A stretch of DNA of 64,000 bases from Sarea resinae (lineage: Eukaryota), in NCBI GenBank assembly GCA_026026165.1, contig JAPEUD010000006.1, forward strand, positions 248,001 to 312,000. The letters are read 5' to 3'. A program made the translations under genes and the position numbers. The notes under the pieces are model-generated. The model saw only the letters and a list, made by a program, of their open reading frames with translations, had not been told where the DNA came from and made no database searches. Shown here in pieces: positions 26,801 to 37,752 of this stretch; the first letter of the stretch is position 1, and every line of letters starts with the position of its first letter.

Positions 26801-28724
26801 CATCTATCCCGGCCAGGCCAATTGTTTTGGACATGGTCGCTTCCTGTGCGGTCGGGTCCCTCACACATCACAGATCCGGGGCGGGCGAGCAAGCCTTGGT
26901 TCAATCAGCGCCTTGCGCAACTCGGCTGTGACGGTCAGGTCATGGCGCTCCATCGAGGGCGGAAAGCCTAAGCTGACGCACCTCGATCAAAGAGCATCTC
27001 TGGTTCGGTCGCCCCCATGGCTGATTGGGCTTGCATGCTCGCATCGAAAGAGCGTGAGCTTATGCGGAGGCTCGAGAACTCTATCGGACTATTCTGACGC
27101 ATCTCTGCTGCGAGTCCTTTGGCCTTCCCGAGGTTGCTGATGGGGACTTTACCTGGTAACGGTGACGACCCCGGACCTTCGTCGGAAGGGGAAGTAATCT
27201 GCAGAGGAGCAAGTTGCCTACTTCATACTCCGGAGTACTATGTACAGCGTACTCATCCATCGGCCTTGCTACGAGTACGGAGTACGGCGTGCAAAGGTGA
27301 GCCCGTCTAGCTTCGTGCTCGACTGGTCAGGCCCGCGCTTCTACCTACCGTACCTCAGAATGCTAGCAAATGCGTATGAAGTACTTGAGCAGTACGGTCC
27401 TTCGGGCGTACTTTGTACGAATGGAAGTATGAAGTACGAAGTACTCCGGAGTACTTGCCTCTGTGCATCCATTCAGAAGTGGAGATGCCATGCCGATCTC
27501 TTCGGCAAAGTTGCAGGACCTGCCTGGTCCCTCGGTCGTCTCGGTCCCCTTTCGGTGCCTACCTACCAGGTACTCGTACTGGACACTCGCTACGAATTCG
27601 TACTCCACGTATGAAACTGGTTTCCCCAAGCCGAGCTGACGATGCTGCACGCGACAATCAGGGCGCCTCTTCTCGAGTTCAAGCCCAAGTTCGAGACAAA
27701 ATGCTTCCGAGACCCGCAGCCCACGATCGATGATGCTGTGTGACCTGACCGTACGGGCAAGTGAAGCACCATGGCTTCGATCTTGCTTCGATGGATACCC
27801 TTATGTCGTGGCTGGTGTCCGTGTGCATGTCTGCCACGCGACGGAAGCATGCCGTTCTCCGTCGCCCGTTTCACAGACTTCGAACGGCGTACATTGGGCT
27901 GGATCTGGGCGGAGAGCACAATCTTGTCTCCCCCCCTCATGACTTTGCGTCCTCATCCTCCTGTCTCTCCTCGATCGAGCTTGGAAAGAGGGCGGCCAGC
28001 GAACGTCCTGGTTGGCCGGTGGGATCAGGTGGGCTGGATGCTAGGAAGAGGCGGATCGAAAGAGGGCATACCCGGACATTGTGGTGGCCCGGGCACACCC
28101 TGACGTGCACCAGACTAAGTCAAGAACCAGGGCAGCAGGGCACGACAACATGCCCTCTTCTTCCTGCCACTGCGCACTAGACCGAATCGTCCTCACTAAT
28201 GCCGCTGCGTCGGCAGGGCTGCACCATGCTACTGTCGCTTCGCCGTAGTTTCCACACTTTGCGGATGGCACTACGGTAGGTTTGCTGCCATGGTCTCGCA
28301 GACCGAGAACCCTCTCTCCAGCATCCATGGATGGGGAGGGGGGTGATTATTGTCCGTGCTCCCCAAGGTTATGAAGAATATGCCGGCCATTGATGCATGC
28401 AGCCAAGAGCAAGATGAGGTGAAGTCATGTAGGGCCCTCGGCCCCTCTTTGTACTCGAGTACATGCTGCATTGACGCGACTCTCCACTGATATCTCATTT
28501 CATCTGCATCCGTGACTTGCATCCATGGATCCATTGCCAGAGATGGATGCGACCGCAAGGTACTCGGTAGGCAGAGCGGATGGCCATGATGGGGGCGATG
28601 TGACACGGCCCCGTCCCGTCCGAGAGGTCTGACTGTCTGCGACCAGCCGACGTGCGTCTCGACTGCCATTCCTCGTAGAATCATCATGCTTGCTTGGATG
28701 ACTCTGATCCTGCCCGTGCCCTCG

Positions 28725-28761
28725 GACCTTGGTAGACCGTGGTAGACCTTGGTAGACCTTG
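28725..28761. promoter_or_regulatory. 10-bp tandem repeat carrying three CCNNGG sites about 2 kb upstream of vosA
   Basis: gaCCTTGGtagaCCGTGGtagaCCTTGGtagaCCTTGa. The repeat is seen directly; a regulatory role is inferred. Confidence 0.4.
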
Positions 28762-30735
28762 AACTGGACCCGGATCTGGATCTAGACCTGCGACACATCA
28801 AAGTCTTCACCGGCGGTACATCTACAGCCTGGCCGAACCCTCCCTCGTATCGTTCAGGGTTCCGAGGATCATCGCCGTTTGTAGCATCGCGGTTCGTGCT
28901 CGAGGAGCTTGATCGCAATACCATAGGCCAAGTGCCTTTAAGTGGCCCAGCCCTTCTCATTTGCTCATCTATCTTGCTCCTCTATCTTGGTCCTCTACGA
29001 CATGAGCGACTGCACCGACAGTACGAAGCTACGAAGATACCCTGCCTGATCATTTACGGTAGCAAGAGTCGAAGAGAGGCTGCAAATTCCCCTTCAACAA
29101 CTCTCTCCCTCCCTCCCTACCTGCCTGCTGAACCCTTTCAGCTGAGAAGAGGTTCTCAGCAGCTCTCAGAGCCACACTTGACTCGGAAGCCAAGGGTAAC
29201 CGGTCGATGACCCGTCGAAGATCTTTGGAGTCGCCAGAGGGTCAGACATTCCACCGGCTCAACCGGAGTGCATAGGCGCGCAACCCCAACGGCCAAGTGC
29301 GAATACCAACGCCAGTACGATTGCACCACACACGCAGCCCGCGCCGCCGGCCCCCCCAGTCAGGTCGCTCGCACGCATTGATCTGCCAATCTGCCAACCT
29401 GCATGGGGAGCTGATCGAGGTCCATTTTGTACTTATTAAAGATATTGGTCTCCCATTATCATTAGTATATTATTATCATCGTCGTCAACAATTTCCCCAA
29501 GAATTCGCAATCAAAAACGTGCCATTGCGGACGGGACCAGTCTTTCGATACGAGACCAAACCCCTCACGACTAGAGCGAACACGTTGTAGGCAACGCTGT
29601 CAGGCCAGCCTACTTTCACCTTATCCAGCTCCACGCTTGTTTCACGATGCTTTAATTTTTCCACGAGGTTTTCCGCAGAGGCACGCCAATCGATCGCTTC
29701 CACATTGACTTATCTGAACTCGACCAGACGGCGGGACCTTGCGGCGCGCATTGTCCATTCTCTAGAGCCAGACCGGACCCTCAATCACCCCAAAGAATCA
29801 GACGCCGCTAGCTGAATTCGCAATCCATTTGTTCAAGGTTCACCCTTCTCTCCCATTTCCTCCGTACTCATCATTGCCTTCTTGCCTTTAGAGGAACGCA
29901 AATGCTCCTCTTGCCCCACCACGGCCGCCAACGAGACGTTTTGGCGTCGTACCATTCCCTGATACCGGCTCCCCCCAGTGGTCAAAGCGAGCGAAGCCGG
30001 ACCGGGTGTGTTTCTAACTTTTCGCGTGCGGAATATATCTAAGTGTTGGCGGGAGCAGTAAACCGACCCAGAGTGCGACGGCAAGTACCTTAATTCCGGA
30101 GCATCATCTCCCCACGGCGGGGTTCTTTCAGCGTACGAGGACATTCGACCTCTCTTAGGGCAACTCTCCTCCTCTCTCCATCCACCCTCGTTACTGGAGA
30201 GCCATTTTCTGTACTCATCATAAAATTTTCGACTTCAACTGGCCGGATATACTTCCGAGCGGAAATATTTCCTTGAATATTATTTGAGGCCTTTGCCTGT
30301 AGATTATGTCATAGGCCTGTCATCCATCAGACTCTATTCAGCTTCAAGCGCAGTCTGCTGCGTTCTTTCGACCCATCGCAATATCAAGAGGATCCCTTTT
30401 CGGATTCGACACTGCCACGCGAATCAGAGCCAGGAACGTCTGGAAAGCGAGGAATCAACACAGAAGGGTTTGGGACGTTGATTGTGTCAAACTGATACCA
30501 TAGAAGGCTTTGAGCCGCCATCTGTTGCCGATTTTCCAGGATTTTCGTGGCCATCACTCCCTTTGGCGGGTCTTCTTGACGAAGACCACGAACATCTTAC
30601 AACGGACTACCATTTTCCCCCTCATGCCTGTCGGATCGTTCCCAAGTGGTTCTCAGATAGACGAGCGATCAGTCAATGCCCCCTAAGCTTGTTGTTATCA
30701 GGATCTGGGTAGCTGGCGCTTGAGGTGAAGGCTTG

Positions 30736-32682
30736 ATGAACACACACACGTTCGTTGACGCGGCGTCTTCACGGGTCAAGCTGAGAAGGTGCGCTCGGAC
30801 CCAGCGTCTGTAGTTTGCTGTCTTACGAATTCCTCCAGGCTTCGACTGACAAAATGTTGACTGTTAGCGAGGACTACGAGCTGCGGATCCGCCAGGGTCC
30901 AGAAAGGGGTCGAGTAGCTGGAGTGAAAGAAAAGGGTCAGTGTATTATGCTTCGTCTGGGATTTGGAGTGAAGGCTGAACATAAATGAATTGGTCGCAGA
31001 TCGGAAGCCCGTTGATCCTCCACCCATCATACAGCTTACCATCAAGGATGCTTCGGATCCAGCTCAGTAAGTAAAGATCATCCTTTTGGGGCGTATTGTC
31101 TAACAGCTTTGCAGGAACTATCTTCAGAGTCCATACTACTTCATGTGCTGTAATCTTTACGATGCCCATCAAGATCGGCCAGCATCTGTCGCCCCTCAAA
31201 CCGCGCTGGCCGGGACGTTGGTCTCATCCCTTCATCGCTTAAAGGATATCGACAACAGTGGTATGTAAGCCTGAGCTATATGAATTTCGTTGGCTGACAT
31301 TGCATGTCAGATGGCGGGTTCTTCGTTTTCGGAGATCTGTCCGTGAAAGTTGAGGGAGAGTTTCGATTGCGCTTTAGTTTGTTCGAGATGCTAAAGTATG
31401 CCAATTGGCCCCGATTTGCGAACAGACGAAAGCTGATGATTGCTCAAGGTCAGAGGTCGTCCACATCAAGTCGATCATATCCGAACCCTTTACTGGTACC
31501 TCTCAGCATGAAGATTCTTGCCCTGTAGATTACTAACTGATCAAAGTGTACGCTCCGAAGAATTTCCCTGGAATGTCCGAGTCTACGTTCTTGTCACGAT
31601 CCTTTGGCGACCAAGGAGTGCGTTTGAGGATCCGAAAGGAGCCTCGGACTTTAATGTAAGTTTTGTTAGCAAGACGCTTCGGTGGAGCTTACTGACCTGG
31701 CAGCAGGAAGAGGCCCCCTCCGGCAGGCTTGCGTCCGGAAGATTATCACCGACCATATCCCGCGCAAGCCTCGACGGATCCTCGAACAGCTATGGCTCAG
31801 GTACAGGCGCAGCAGGTGGGAGGCTACGTACAATCTGCTAGTCGGGAATATCCTCCCTCTTACGGAGAAACATCTTCGAAGCGACAAAGAACGTCTATCG
31901 ATATGACGGCGCCCGAGTATTATGGGAGGGATCCTCGGTATGCACAGCGTTCTTATGCCGAGCAGCCTCCATATTCCGCGTATCCTCCTCAGACTCAGCA
32001 ATATCCGAACTACGCCTACCCGCAAGGACCTCACTCGGCTCCGGCAGGTGCGCCCGACTACTCATTCCGCTATGGCCAGCCTGCCTCGTCATCAGCTCCC
32101 TCGCCATACAACTCTCCTCGTACCCAACTCTCTGGGGGCTCTCCTTCGACGACCAGCCCGGCGTACCAGCAATACGGACGATATCCTCCGCAGCAGATGG
32201 CACAAAGCCAAAATCCACCTCCTCCCATGCACGTACCTCAGCTTTCCGAGCCCGCGCCCCATAGGCGCCTACCGCCACAAAACTATCCGTCCTCTTTCGT
32301 GCCTGGCCCATCGCTACAACCTCCACCAAACCTCTCCGTGCCTTCGTCTGGACAGTCACGGTCTAATTCAGGGCATCACAGTTATCAGTCCGCTAGTAGC
32401 ACACCTGGTGCGGCCATGGCCCCACCACAGCAAGGTCGTCAGCAACAACTGACGCCGTTGACTCTTCTCCCCCCTCTACAACCTTCCAATCCACTGCACG
32501 CTGGCTCGGCGGGCTCTGGCTCCGGCGCTGATGTAGTGATGAGGCGAAGATCTGAGGCTTATGCTGGACACTTGGAGGATCAGTCGGCGGAACAAGCGAG
32601 ATATCAGCGCGGGCCCGGCCCTCGAACTCCCCAGAGCTTCGACCCTTCCCAACATCCTAGCCCCTTTGGGAGACCTTACTGA
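30736..32682 (+). CDS. vosA: Velvet-family regulator VosA, 8 exons
   Basis: Reconstructed velvet domain [53 protein letters not shown]..|[110 protein letters not shown], followed by a P/Q/Y-rich tail. An N-terminal uninterrupted velvet domain is the VosA arrangement. Confidence 0.88.
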
Positions 32683-34858
32683 GCTTTGAATACCGAAAAG
32701 TCGACGGCCCCTTTGGCACCGGCAAAGACTGGAAGTGAGGTTTTTCGCTTCTGTCATTCACCCAAAACACTTTCTCCTTTTTCTTCTCGGTAATGTATAT
32801 TACTTGCAGACTCTGCTGAAGCTGTACGATATGGCGCGATACATGGCTGGGAGTTCTGGAGCCAATGGAGCTATGCTATCCCTCTGGAAGGATCATCAGC
32901 ATGACACACGATCAAGGGTGTCGAAAAGAATTGCATCGCTCACCGCGAACCTTTTATGAGAGGACGACGAAAGATATGGCATGATGCGCTACGGAGGAAC
33001 ATGAATCACATCCTTTCATTATCCCTTTGCGGTTTTTCTGGTTTGGCTATTTCCTCATAGACTCAGGGCGATGATGGCATGAGCATGGTTTGCGTTTGGG
33101 CTTCCGGATGACATCAGCGCGAGCCTCGAGGCGGTTAGATACGGCAGTTGTTGGAGCATCACTTGTTTGGCTAGCTATCTACCTCGTCAAGTACAGATCC
33201 GGCAGCAGAGTAAATAACAGTCATTTACCTTTCATCATCGTTGTCATGATCGGGCTTCAGCCGGGGCGGGGGCAGGGGCCGGCAAGGAAAGGCGGACATG
33301 GGAGTGGGTTCTGGTCCTGCCAACCCATTGGTAAGAAGAAGTCAGTCGAATCGATCGATTGATAAGATGGCAAAGCTAGCACGCGGTAGGGGAAAAGGAG
33401 AACAGAGGGACTTGTTGCCTGACAGCGTCAATAATATGCATGCATCGGATCATGAGTGTTTCGAGACATGGACGTTTGGATGTTTGGGCGCAACGGACAT
33501 ATGCCGGGCGTCACGTAGCGAAGGGCCTCTTCCTTGGTCGGGGGTCTGTCGGGAGGGGCCCGGGGGGGGGTGGGGGGGGATGGGAATTGGCTTTGCGCGC
33601 GAAGGGGTAAGCAGCCGGATAGGGAAGGTATCTTGAAGTAAGTAATAGTACGCAGTAGAGTACTCGTAGGTCATGGATGGATCCATTACTGGCCCAGGGT
33701 ACTGCCGAGTACGGCACCGTCGACGGTGGAGTCGCGCCATACATGGTACCTGGAGGTAGAGGGGGCTCCCGTCTCCCGTGGATTCCCACGGCTGGGAGTG
33801 CGGGATGACGAGGCGGAGTGAAACCGCGTCCCAAGGTACGATTGGCGCGTGGGGTGTGCGGACTGCGACGTATTAGCATGCCGACGAAGCGACGGAACAA
33901 CACCGCCAGAACATGCCAGATTGATCAATCTCGATCGGCAGCAGCAGCACGAGAATGGGGAAAGTATGAAGTACTACGCAGTAGATGCATGCACGTATGC
34001 ATGCGATGATGCTTGTTGGCCTCCTCGCGACACTGCCGCTGGCCGTGGAATGCGAAGCAGCATGGCTCGAATACAGAGACAGAGACAGAGACACAGACAC
34101 TGGTTTGGTTGTTGCTGTCCTGATTGTCAGCGTCTGCCCATCCGTCAAGCCGTAGCCAAGTCCGTCAGCTCAACCATCGATCCATCACCAAATCAGTCGG
34201 ACAAGGGGACCACGACAGACGTCTGACCCTCTCATCCAGCCAGACCACACCAGACCACACCCAGACCCAGACCCAGACCAGGGCCCCCCCCCTCCCCTCG
34301 CACCAGGTACTCGACGAACGACTGCAGTTGGTCTGGCTGGCCCCGTTGGCCTCGCTGACCTCGCTGCCCTCACTGCCCTCGCTGCCCTGGCACGTCGAGC
34401 CGATCCCTTGGCCTACTGCCGTCCGGACTTAGAGAGATGCCAGATGGGGTCGACGAGACCGGTAACACGGCTAGCCGTTGCGCGAACTCGGTCGGTCAGC
34501 CTGGTCTGCGCGCCCTCTGCATTCTACTCGACATATCCATGAGAGGACAAGTAATACCGTGCACAGAATACCGTGCACAGTCTTGTGTCTGGCGCCATGA
34601 GGATCCATCTCTGTCCGACCGTCGACCGTCACCGCTCATCTCTCTCAGATCTAGGGTATCGTATCTCCCGTAGTCCGTAATTACGTCTGCACCGAGAAAG
34701 ATCATTAATCCGCTCTCTCCCTCCCTCTGCGTCTGCTCTTCTGTCTGTTCTGCCATCTGGAGAGAGAGTCGTGCACATTGATCCGACGCGCGCGTTGAAT
34801 GTCATCAGAGTCCGGATCGGGTTGATAGAGCAAGAATACTCGAGAACTTCTTGTCAAT

Positions 34859-34875
34859 ATGAGTGGTATGCTTGA

Positions 34876-34907
<32 letters not shown>

Positions 34908-35862
34908 CCTGTCCAATTGACCCTTCTTCTTCTCCCCCCCTCTCTCCTTTGATCTACTACGGATTCGATTCTATCTGTGGCCTGCACGCCCATACCCTCT
35001 TCACACCACCGGCAAAATGCCTATTTGTTTCTGTACCAAAGCCCATACCACCAAACAAGCACCGAGCCCGTCCACAGCCGAGAAAAGCCAAGACCCTTCA
35101 CGGCCTCGCGAATCGCCTCGCTCACCTCACCTAATGCACGACATTGTGCATGTTGACTGGAAACCCCCACGACCTTTTTGATCGCTAGTAGCACCGACTG
35201 ACCGCGCGCAAACCAAATGCACAACAGACAAAGACACCTTCAGCCGGGCCATCGCCGCCAATAACGCGTGGGCGTCGCAGACGGCGTCGTCGGACCCGGC
35301 GCTCTTCAAGGCGCTCGCGGCGGGCCAGTCGCCCGAGATCCTCTGGATCGGCTGCTCGGACTCGCGCGTGCCCGAGACGACGCTGCTGGGCCTGAAACCG
35401 GGCGACGTGTTCGTGCACCGCAACATCGCCAACGTGCTGCACCCGGCCGACCTGAACTCGGCCAGCGTGATCGAGTACGCCGTCGAGCACCTGCACGTCA
35501 AGCACATCATCCTGTGCGGGCACACGGCCTGCGGCGGCGTCAACGCGGTGCTGGGCAACGCGCGCCTCGGCCCCATCGACGCCTGGCTGCTGCCGCTGCG
35601 CGCCCTGCGCTGCCAGCACCTCGACTGCCTCGCCGAGCTGCCGTCCGACGCCGAGCGCGGCCTCAAGCTCGTTGAGCTGAATGTGCGCCAGGGCGTGCGC
35701 ACGCTGAAGTCGTACCCGAACGTCATCGACGCCATGCGCGATCGCGGCCTCAAGGTCCACGGCATGGTGTATAATGTCGGCACGGGCCACGTGCAGGAGT
35801 TGGATACGAGCGAGTCCGTCGACGAGGTCGCGCGCCGCCTGGCTGCTTTTGAGGCCTCGTAG
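34859..35862 (+). CDS. Beta-carbonic anhydrase (Nce103/Can type), 2 exons
   Basis: GQSPEILWIGCSDSRVPE, GDVFVHRNIAN, HIILCGHTACGG (zinc ligands). A 7-nt first exon ATGAGTG|GTATGC (34859-34865) spliced to 35228 gives MSDKDTFSRA. Confidence 0.93.
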
Positions 35863-36099
35863 GTGGAGGGTCGGCAGGTCGGTCTCACGGCAACTGGACT
35901 TGATGGGAGAAAAGGGAAAGGAAAGGGAAAGGAAGGGATACAGCAATGAGAGCTGTTACTTTTCTCTTCGGAGATGTGCCGATCCCGAACAGATGGCCGA
36001 ACGAGCGAGCGAGCCAGCGAACAAAGGATACGATACGATATGATATGATATAATCGAAAGGGCGGCTTTTTCCTCTTTTGACGCGTGTTTAGCTTCATT

Positions 36100-36722
36100 C
36101 CACCTCTCTCTCTGTTTTCAGTCTTCTTTTCTCCTCTTACTCTACCTCTGCCTCTCTTCTCCCTTCTACTTCTTTTTCTCTCTCTTCTATTCTGTGCCAC
36201 TAGAGTCTTAGAGTCTTAGAGACCTAGAGAAAATACCAAGCACAGATAGAGATTTCTACTATCTCTAAGCACTCTCTCCTTTCTCTTCTCTCTTCTATTG
36301 TGTGCCACTAGAGTCGTAAAGACCTAGAGTTAAAAGATTACATAGGTATATATAGGTAGATAGAGAACCCTACTATGTATCTCTAAACATACTCTCCTAC
36401 TACTACCTTGTTATTATCTCCTCTCTCCTCTTTCTTAACCTTAATCTCTCTTACTCTATCTCTCTTCTCTCTTCTCTCTTCTCTCTTCTCTCTTCTCTCT
36501 TCTCTCTGCTCTCTTCTCTCTTCTCTCTTCTCCACCTCTCTATTATATGCTAGTAGAGTCTTAGAGACCTAGAGACCTAGCAACCTAGCAATCCACTATT
36601 AGAGACTAAAAAATATTAACTGTAAATTAAGAATCTTATTATCTCTTTCTCTCTCTTTTCTCTCTCTTCTCTCTCTCTCTCTTACTCCTTACACTCTACC
36701 TCTCTCTTCTCTCTCTACTTAC

Positions 36723-36820
<98 letters not shown>

Positions 36821-37600
36821 GCACGCACTTGCACATAGAAGTCTAGAGCCTAGAGCCTAGAGCCTAGAGCCTAGAGCCTAGAAACTAAAACTAAAAAAAC
36901 TAAAAAAAACTAAATTTTAGAAACTAGAAAACTAGGTGATTCTACTCTCTCTAGTTCTAAATGCTTACCTCTTAGTTCTTAAGTCTCGAATTAAAGATAA
37001 AAAAAGAGAGATAAGAGAGAAAGAGAGAAAGAGAGAAAGAGAGTAAGAGTAGAGTAGTACAGAAGAGAGAGAGAGATATATATCCTCTAAGTATAAACAG
37101 AAGAAAGAAGAAGAAGAAGAAGAAGAAGAGAGTAAGTAAGTAACAACCTAGAGAGACCTTAATAAGTAAGGCTAACAGAAAACAGAGAGTAGGTAGAGAG
37201 TAAGAAACAAGTAAGAGAGAAACTCAAAGAAGAGAAAGGAAATCAGAAAGAAATAGAGAGGTTTAAAAAGAAAAGAAGAAAGAGAGAGAGAGAAATAGAG
37301 AGAGAGAGAGAGAGATTTAAGATTAGATTTCTTTTAGATGTAAGAGGTACTATGTTTTTAGATGTCCTTTTTTCCTCTACTCTTAGATATATATATATCT
37401 ATATATAAAAGTGTATGTCGGTGGATATTCAACTATATACTAAGGGGTTTTTAGATAAGATTAGATATCTAACGTTCTATTATTCTTGCTAGGTGTGGTG
37501 TTGTAGTGTTGTAGTGTTGTGTTGCTTTGCCGTTGGATTAATTGAGTGATGAATGGATTTTGATTGGAGATTAGCTTTGTCTATAGTTATTGCTAGTCTA
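36100..37600. repeat. AT-rich low-complexity island: degenerate tandem unit, (CTCTT)n, (CA)n(CT)n, (CTAGAGC)5, (GAA)n, (GA)n; RIP-like decay
   Basis: TpA-rich and almost free of CpG. Unit tgtgccactagagtc at 36193 and 36301, with a mutated copy at 36546. (CA)n(CT)n at about 36730-36815. CTAGAGC x5 at 36843-36877. Confidence 0.85.
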
Positions 37601-37752
37601 CGACTACCCCTAAATGTTCATTCATGATCAAGATACACGTCGTTATTTTTGAGAGCTACTTTTTCCCCTTTCTTTTCGTGGCGTTTCTCGTGGTGTCTCG
37701 TATACCGAGATCTCATACGCTCACTCTACCCTTTGGTTCAGAGACAAAGATA

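Noticed and set aside
29141..29175. CTGAGA hairpin as a possible TPP riboswitch
   Set aside because: Lacks the remaining TPP aptamer core, and no thiamine gene is nearby.
24077..30712. ORF-track calls upstream of vosA (e.g. 28271-28960, 229 aa)
   Set aside because: Overlapping frames, many non-ATG starts and no recognisable motifs.
35127..36200. 357-aa and 253-aa minus-strand ORFs over the carbonic anhydrase
   Set aside because: Shadow ORFs caused by extreme GC3 and low-complexity flanks; no family motifs.
36843..36877. (CTAGAGC)5 as a telomere remnant or CRISPR-like array
   Set aside because: Not TTAGGG-derived, no unique spacers, eukaryotic context; a simple heptamer satellite.
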